Positions 8,601 to 13,412 of a stretch of 13,412 bases of DNA are shown piece by piece. A program made the position numbers and the translations under genes. The notes under the pieces were generated by a model, which worked only from the letters and a program-made list of their open reading frames with translations, was not told where the DNA came from and made no database searches. The DNA is from Armatimonadota bacterium. GTDB taxonomy: Bacteria; Armatimonadota; Zipacnadia; Zipacnadales; UBA5352. Position 1 is the stretch's first letter; every line of letters begins with the position of its first letter. The stretch lies in the NCBI GenBank assembly GCA_034722055.1, contig JAYENL010000055.1, forward strand, positions 1 to 13,412. Direction: 5' to 3'.

Positions 8601-9754
8601 TGATGGGCGGAAGCTACGACTCCGATGGTTCGAGGAAGTTCACTCGCCTGCACCTGTTCGGCGCGGACGGTGCCCGCGCGATGCGCGCGCAGGCGGTCTG
8701 CACGCGCTGGGACTACGACTTCACCAACGCCATGGTCCAGCGCAGCCGCCGGGAGAACGAGGCCCTGCACAGCGTCTTCGCCGCCGTCATCGAGCCGTAT
8801 GCTGGCGAGCCGTTCATCACCCGCGTGCGCCCGCTCTCGGTCGGTGACGAGCGCGAGGGGCCGCGCGCAGCCGTCGCGCTGGAGGTCACCACCGCCAATG
8901 GTCACACCGATCTGCTCTTCGCCGACGGCCGGGCGGACAGCCCCGTCAGCATCGCCGACTCCGGCCTGGAGGTGCTTGGCGAGTTCGCCTACTACTCGAC
9001 CGACAGTGACGGTCTTCGCCAGGCCGCGCTCGTGGGCGGCACGCTGCTGTCCGGCCCCCACATACGGATTGAGGCGGAGGCGGCTGAGCGCACCGCGCAG
9101 GTGGTGGGCGTGGACTACCTGGACCGGACGATCCGGCTCGATGGCACCTGGCCGACCTGGAAGAGTCCGAAGATCCTGGAGATGGGCCTCCCGGACAGCG
9201 ACCATCGGACGACCTACACAACTACGGCATGTGAGCGTGGCGAGCGCGGCTCGGTGCTCCGGCTCCAGCGAGGCGCCGACTACTACCGCTCAGAGATCCG
9301 GCGCATCCATCCTGATGGCACCGTGGAGTGCGCGCTGACGCCGCTGATGCAACACGCTCGCGGCAACAGGGCGGGCTGGGTGGCCTCGAACGATGCGATG
9401 ACACGCTTCTGGCGGGCAGAGAGCCTCGGTGAGGGGCGGTTCAGGCTCAGTGGCGCCCCGGTGAGCGCAGAAGCCTTCGCACCGGAGGGCGTCCTCAGGC
9501 TGTGGGAGTACGGCGTTGGCGACACGGTATGGCAGCGCACATCAACGTCGGTCCGCCGCCTCCGCCGGGATCACTTGGAGCTGCGCACAGACACCGACCT
9601 CAGTCTCTCACTCCGCGCCAGGGCGGCGCAGATGTCAACGAACGGCGAGAACTGGCGTGACCTGCCCGGCCGCACCGGTGACGGATGGCTGACGATTACG
9701 CTTCCGATGGACGTGCCGGCCGACGTCCGCCGCATCATCCGCGTCGAGAGGTAG
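5606..9754 (+). CDS. Large secreted heparinase II/III-domain protein, about 1382 aa
   Basis: GGAG before ATG 5606. Sec signal peptide MKLHEALAVAFLTLGLLAVSAAAALA. Heparinase II/III signature RAAYVRVGFGMGHHHADTLDLQVVAHG...DGGQRPGY...HNTVEVDG, followed by FRRQVALIDV, YVFDVFRVAGG, YCFHG and FAAVIEPY. Strong GC3 bias in this frame. Confidence 0.8.
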   Translation: MKLHEALAVAFLTLGLLAVSAAAALAADGEHLVGGPLAGVELPPFPTQHGEKPGFPGCIPELMARGEAAEDMGHQYREWGPQGQAPELQLYPGSVEHYRAYMFKYMPIRSFFDRQSQLMLFVAPDLPGAGAEHAEQYSEPVYWVPRHAAPRPTGRFAAPVPVVRMSVGEPVLRLELGRLPVGLYVVRVIGAVETADLRPFRQPLYMTMNVNDGVEERPSEHRLRLGYCDQFYSVAEFYFHAPAEREYSAELQVASGSKVDLLVHSVSLDDVLAGTIRRPLKTRATCRPPISVDGEPEGTRQERLQRDADMWRTFPPVNAQGSTIGPGHGGYGAIEGVEAGAGALTAEEIEERYGAWVPWGGGTEGMTLPNGVSPADVFLANPKLGLIYTIDDLRHNRPLPEPYPFADDGTGLYFPDPEDESTGRVWTPIGHRVHQLHVDGYRAIGRALERCDQSGSYDDAHDAALALVRFAYAFPTLDIAEYLSSTVHESGPFGRDYSCRRRETVAFFLPHYAQYVKPIMFQYDRLFEFIEGNELLAESVQRFVPWVTSPEDVIRLIDVYLVQTTAKRILRYHYHTDPMDIANLAAVVGDTSVTDPWMQWLFSRTFIYPLPVAGIQDAMISGTTREGTEIVGSTYYAQGEGALRIAAALDLYQAAGGNPRFDLSDPRRYPKPVAHAYWRLENVVGGRDFLRIGDVCGPDKAPGHTLRDLSFAQPAWRWTKDPRFAFILKHYVGRGEMTDGQWAEVEAAASKCPRAPWLENRSRVLPMWAGVLETGVQHDDPRLRRAAYVRVGFGMGHHHADTLDLQVVAHGLPMTIDGGQRPGYSSPGDRTTRVHNTVEVDGHSHSGHSWITTMADHPGARYLAASGSPPPGATLFRRQVALIDVDEVPDPQKLPPEQQAPFADLEPGVTTPSSYVFDVFRVAGGAQHTYCFHGPLHDQFTWNAQNAAEPVEGSHEAEYLRVFTGRPERSRVGEVQGGFQATWRMAVEVPGPGAGEREMMGGSYDSDGSRKFTRLHLFGADGARAMRAQAVCTRWDYDFTNAMVQRSRRENEALHSVFAAVIEPYAGEPFITRVRPLSVGDEREGPRAAVALEVTTANGHTDLLFADGRADSPVSIADSGLEVLGEFAYYSTDSDGLRQAALVGGTLLSGPHIRIEAEAAERTAQVVGVDYLDRTIRLDGTWPTWKSPKILEMGLPDSDHRTTYTTTACERGERGSVLRLQRGADYYRSEIRRIHPDGTVECALTPLMQHARGNRAGWVASNDAMTRFWRAESLGEGRFRLSGAPVSAEAFAPEGVLRLWEYGVGDTVWQRTSTSVRRLRRDHLELRTDTDLSLSLRARAAQMSTNGENWRDLPGRTGDGWLTITLPMDVPADVRRIIRVER

Positions 9755-10222
9755 GGACCGGGACGAGCGCGGCGGCGCCGTGGCGGCTTTGACCACATAA
9801 TGCGGACCACAGAGAGATGGTCTCTGCGCGTCCTGAGCCTCGTCCCGGCTCTACGGGTCCCTTCCCCCATACGGCCTCACCTCCAGGTGCTGCGGATGCA
9901 TCCTCGTGTCCGGCACGCTGGGCTCGGTTGCACCCCACTATCCGAGCAGTCCCTCAGCCGCTCGATGAAGCGGTGAAGACTGTTTCCCTGACCGCGTGTG
10001 TACCGGCCATCCCGCACAAGCTCGGTGGCACCGTGCAGAGCCACAAGCAAGGGCAGCTCACGCTCCTGAAACTGCCATGCAAAGAGCCTTACGGTCTCTT
10101 CTGCAAGTAGTCGTGGGTCGAGAACCTCCCGCACCTCACTGGGCAGCGATGGAAGCCGGGTCGGAGTGGCGTGCCTCGCGGAGTGAAGCAGTTGGGGATT
10201 GCCATCGGCTCGGAACTCCGCG

Positions 10223-10246
10223 ACGTCAGTAACGCGTTAACTACGT
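10223..10246. promoter_or_regulatory. 24-bp dyad, candidate operator upstream of the ABC operon
   Basis: ACGT-cag-TAACGCGTTA-act-ACGT has 18 of 24 positions symmetric, is AT-rich for this window, and ends 56 nt before ATG 10303. Confidence 0.35.
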
Positions 10247-10302
10247 ACACCCACGTCCGTCCATGCTCGTGGACAGCTCGCCCAGATGACAGGGAGGGGA
10301 CC

Positions 10303-11382
10303 ATGATGCAAAGGGACCAGCTCCGGGCGCCAGCCCGGCCGTCCGCACTCATCGCGTGTCTGAGCATCCTGCTCGCGGCCATGCTGCTTGCCGGCTGCGG
10401 CCGGAGGCCGACTGATCAGCCAGCAGCGCCTGCTGCGCCACCACAAGTGCCCGCCGAGCCGGGGGACACCGCCGAAGGCATCGGGGGCGAACTTGTCATC
10501 TTTCACGCAGCCAGCCTTGCACGACCCTTTGAGGCGCTGGAGCGGACGCTGGAGGAGGAGGTGGAGGGGCTCGACGTCGTCCGGGAGTCTTCCAGCAGCC
10601 GCGTGGCGTGTCGCAAGGTAACGGAGCTGGAGCGCTCGGCCGACATCGTTGCGTCGGCCGACTACCTGCTGCTGCGGGACATGCTCGTGCCGGAGCAGGC
10701 GGAGTGGTACATCGCCTTTGCCCGCAACCGCGTGGTCATCGCCTACAGCGATCACAGCAAGTACCAGACTGAGATCAACGCCGACAACTGGTACGACATC
10801 CTGCTGCGCGACGATGTGGAGTACGGCTACGCGGAGCCCGATCAGGCCCCCGTCGGATACCGGACGCTGCTGATGTGGAAGCTGGCGGACATGCACTACG
10901 CCGACCAGCTCGGGGACCGGGATCTGTTCGAGGAGCTGAAGGCCGGCGCCCCGGAGAGTAATATCCGTCCCCACTGCAATGAGCTCATCCCGCTGGTGCA
11001 GTCTCTGGGGCTGGACTACATCTTCCAGTATCAATCCGTGGCGCTTCAGCACAACCTGCAGTTCCTGAAGCTGCCCCCGCAGATCGACCTGAGCAGCGAG
11101 AAGCACGCCGACCTCTACTCGCAGGTCAGCGTTGAGCTCAGCGGCGGCACGCGCGGCGAGACCATGACCCGAACCGGCGCCCCCATTGTCTACGGCATCA
11201 CGATCCCGGGGGACGCCGAGAACCCCACTGCGGCCGTCAGGTTCCTCAGCCTGCTGCTGTCGGAGCGGGGCCAGCAGATCATGCAGGATAACTTCCAGGA
11301 GCCCATAGCGCCGGCTCTCACGCCCGACCCGCGCTTGCTTCCCGAGGAGCTGGTGGGTCTGGTCGAGGAGGCGGATCTGTAG
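10303..11382 (+). CDS. wtpA: Tungstate/molybdate-family ABC transporter substrate-binding lipoprotein, WtpA-type, about 359 aa
   Basis: GGGAGGGG RBS before ATG 10303, lipobox LLAG-C, and a Pro/Ala linker. WtpA-like motifs LVIFHAASL, RKVTEL..ADIVASADY, FARN.VVIAYSDHSKY..EINADNWYDIL, P.GYRTLLMWKLA, LDYIFQYQSVA.QHNL.F.KLP..IDL and PIVYGITIP. Confidence 0.85.
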   Translation: MMQRDQLRAPARPSALIACLSILLAAMLLAGCGRRPTDQPAAPAAPPQVPAEPGDTAEGIGGELVIFHAASLARPFEALERTLEEEVEGLDVVRESSSSRVACRKVTELERSADIVASADYLLLRDMLVPEQAEWYIAFARNRVVIAYSDHSKYQTEINADNWYDILLRDDVEYGYAEPDQAPVGYRTLLMWKLADMHYADQLGDRDLFEELKAGAPESNIRPHCNELIPLVQSLGLDYIFQYQSVALQHNLQFLKLPPQIDLSSEKHADLYSQVSVELSGGTRGETMTRTGAPIVYGITIPGDAENPTAAVRFLSLLLSERGQQIMQDNFQEPIAPALTPDPRLLPEELVGLVEEADL

Positions 11383-11385
11383 CCG

Positions 11386-12606
11386 ATGCCGGGGCGTGCC
11401 TTCACCAGTGGGCCCTTCCTCGTGGGGCTCGGCCTCCTGACAGCAGCGCATGCCGCGGCATGGACCCTCTACCCGGATGCGGGGACGCTGGTGGTGCTGT
11501 GGTGCGTCAACATATTTGCCCTTGCCCTGGGCTTCATCTACGCGACGGCGATGTCAGGCCGGCGGATAGCATGGTATGTCGGCGGATATGCCGCCCTCTT
11601 CGCTGTGATCGTGCTGGCGGCGGAGTCGCTGCTGCTGTTCGCCATCTTCGGGCTGCTCTACTCAGCCCTGTTCCGCGTGCCGAAGGCGCTGGGATACCTG
11701 CTGATCCTGGTCTTGGCGGTCGTGTTCGTCCCCGCCTACTGGTTCCAGACGCTGATCCTGCTGGGCGCTCTGTACGCCGTGGTCATGCAGGTGCTGCCCC
11801 AGCGCCACCATCACTTCTCGGTGGCGATGTTCGCCTTCGGGTTCGTGCTGATCGCCGCGGTTCTGCTGCCCCTGCTGTATCTGGCCGTGCAGAGCTCCCC
11901 GCAGACGCTGTGGGTGAGCACCCGGCAGCCGGAGTTCCTGGCCGCGCTGGGCAACAGCTTCCTGACATCCACCATCGCTACCCTCGTGATCCTGGTCTTC
12001 GGCGTGCCGCTGGCCTACGGAATGGCGCGACTGGACTTCCGGGGCCGGGATGTCATCAACAGCCTCATCGATCTGCCCATCCTCATCCCGCAGTCGGTAG
12101 CCGGCATAGCCATCCTGGTGCTGCTGGGGCCGAAGGCCCCGGCGGGACGGCTCCTTCAGCAGTACCTCGGCCTGGAGGTCTCGGGCAGCTACCTGGGCAT
12201 CATCGCCTGCCAGATCTTCGTAAGCTGTCCCTTCCTGATCCGCAGCGCGATGAACGCCTTCGAGGAGATGGGCCCGGAGCTGGAGAACGTCAGTCGCTCC
12301 CTTGGCGCCTCCCCTCTGAGCACATTCTGGCGTGTGGCGCTGCCGCTGGCGTCGGGCGCGGTGTTCAGCGGCGCCATCCTCACCTGGGCCCGCGCCATCT
12401 CCGAGACCGGCGCCCTCATGGTCATGGCCTACCGGCCGATGACCGTACCGGTCTACAGCTTCGACGTCTTCACGCAGTACGGCCTGGACGAGGCGAGGCC
12501 GGCGGCCATCGTGCTGCTGATCGTCTGCCTGTGGGCATTCATCGTCCTCCGGTGGATGCGGGCGACGTGGAGCCGCGGCCTGGTGCGCGAACGGCAGGTG
12601 GCGTGA
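11386..12606 (+). CDS. wtpB: Tungstate/molybdate/sulfate-family ABC permease (WtpB/ModB-type) with an extra N-terminal hydrophobic domain, 406 aa
   Basis: Starts 3 nt after the wtpA stop. Motifs GVPLAY..AR.DF.GR..INSLIDLPILIPQSVAGIA, EAA loop ELENVSRSLGAS...FWRVALPL and WARAISE.GA. Many predicted TM segments. Confidence 0.85.
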   Translation: MPGRAFTSGPFLVGLGLLTAAHAAAWTLYPDAGTLVVLWCVNIFALALGFIYATAMSGRRIAWYVGGYAALFAVIVLAAESLLLFAIFGLLYSALFRVPKALGYLLILVLAVVFVPAYWFQTLILLGALYAVVMQVLPQRHHHFSVAMFAFGFVLIAAVLLPLLYLAVQSSPQTLWVSTRQPEFLAALGNSFLTSTIATLVILVFGVPLAYGMARLDFRGRDVINSLIDLPILIPQSVAGIAILVLLGPKAPAGRLLQQYLGLEVSGSYLGIIACQIFVSCPFLIRSAMNAFEEMGPELENVSRSLGASPLSTFWRVALPLASGAVFSGAILTWARAISETGALMVMAYRPMTVPVYSFDVFTQYGLDEARPAAIVLLIVCLWAFIVLRWMRATWSRGLVRERQVA

Positions 12607-12607
12607 T

Positions 12608-13412
12608 GTGATCCGCGTCGAGAGACTCTCGGGCCGGTGGGGCGACTTCGAGCTGCGCGACATCTCGCTGGAGCTGCAGGCGGGCGAGTACCGGGCCATC
12701 GTCGGCCCCTGCGGGGCCGGCAAGAGTCTGCTGCTGCAGTGCATCGCGGGGCTGCATCCCGGCCACTCCGGCCGGGTCTATCTTGGCGGCCGCGAGATGA
12801 CCCGCCAGCCGCCCGAGCGCCGACGCCTGGGCTACCTGCCGCAGGAGGGGGCGATCTTCCCGCACCTGTCCGTCCAGGAGAACATCTCCTACGGGCTGCG
12901 CTACCATCGGATCTCAGGCGGTGCGGCGCGCCAGCGCATCGATGATGTTGTGCGCCTGCTAGGGCTACAGGCGATCGCCGACCGCCCCGACCCCACCTCG
13001 CTCAGCGGCGGTGAGGCGAAGAAGGTGTGCCTGGCGCGGGCGCTGGCGATCCAGCCGCAGGCGTTGCTGCTGGATGAGCCGCTGGGATCACTCGACTACC
13101 AGTCCAGCCGGGAGGTGGCGCAGGCGCTGGCGGAGATCAGTGACGCGTTGGACGTGAGCGTCCTGCACATCACCCACGACTACACGGAGGCCGCCAGCCT
13201 CGCCGATCGCGTCACCGTCATGCGTGACGGCGCGGTGGTGCAGGAGGGCCCGGTGCATGACGTGTTCTGGCACCCGCGCTGCCGCTTCGTGGCGGAGTTC
13301 CTCGGCGTCGAGAACGTGCTGCCGGCAGCGCCCAGCGGGGACGGTCAGATCGAGGTCGGCGGCCTGCGCGTCGTCTCCGCCGAACGGCGGCGGCCGCCGG
13401 GAATGTGCGTGA
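12608..13412 (+). CDS. wtpC: ABC transporter ATP-binding subunit (WtpC/ModC/CysA-type), incomplete at the window edge
   Basis: Not in the ORF track, presumably because there is no stop in the window. Read manually from GTG 12608: MIRVERLSGRWGDFELRDISL, Walker A GPCGAGKS, Q-loop GYLPQE..IFPHLSVQENI, signature LSGGE, Walker B LLLDEPLGSLD, H-loop HITHD and FVAEFLG. Confidence 0.92.
   Translation, partial: MIRVERLSGRWGDFELRDISLELQAGEYRAIVGPCGAGKSLLLQCIAGLHPGHSGRVYLGGREMTRQPPERRRLGYLPQEGAIFPHLSVQENISYGLRYHRISGGAARQRIDDVVRLLGLQAIADRPDPTSLSGGEAKKVCLARALAIQPQALLLDEPLGSLDYQSSREVAQALAEISDALDVSVLHITHDYTEAASLADRVTVMRDGAVVQEGPVHDVFWHPRCRFVAEFLGVENVLPAAPSGDGQIEVGGLRVVSAERRRPPGMCV

Noticed and set aside
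5612..9205. 1197-aa minus-strand ORF, and similar long antisense ORFs at 3572-4756, 10237-11451 and 11662-12744
   Set aside because: These are antisense shadows of real genes. GC-biased codon usage depletes stops on the opposite strand, and they show no motifs.
9925..9972. SAM-I-like words on the minus strand (TTCATCGAG..GCTGAGGGACTG..GCAACC)
   Set aside because: The P2, pseudoknot and P1 pairings cannot be built, and there is no downstream gene on that strand to regulate.
10078..10160. Moco/tungsten-cofactor riboswitch-like fragment (GGGTCGAGAACCTCCCG and a hairpin near 10078-10105) upstream of wtpA
   Set aside because: The conserved terminal GGAAAGG is missing and the element lies about 150 nt from the start. 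Only an Rfam cmscan hit would rescue it.
13224..13412. 62-aa ORF ending exactly at the window edge
   Set aside because: It is an out-of-frame overlap inside the ABC ATPase, whose own frame stays open to the end of the window.

Overview
GC-rich bacterial window with the 3' tail of an upstream gene (1-84), an ALDH3-type aldehyde dehydrogenase, a sialidase-like beta-propeller protein, two divergently oriented heparinase II/III-like proteins and a WtpA/ModA-family oxyanion ABC transporter operon whose ATPase runs off the right edge. One heparinase-like gene appears truncated; the other encodes a secreted protein of about 1380 aa. I see no CRISPR array, rRNA, tRNA or intact mobile element. The most interesting observation is that the WtpA-type binding protein lacks both canonical metal-ligating carboxylates (Asp->Ala, Glu->Cys) and is paired with a permease carrying an extra N-terminal membrane domain and a 24-bp upstream dyad, which suggests altered oxyanion specificity. 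The minus-strand heparinase-like gene also shows signs of deletion or rearrangement. All family calls come from motif recognition by eye, not from database searches.
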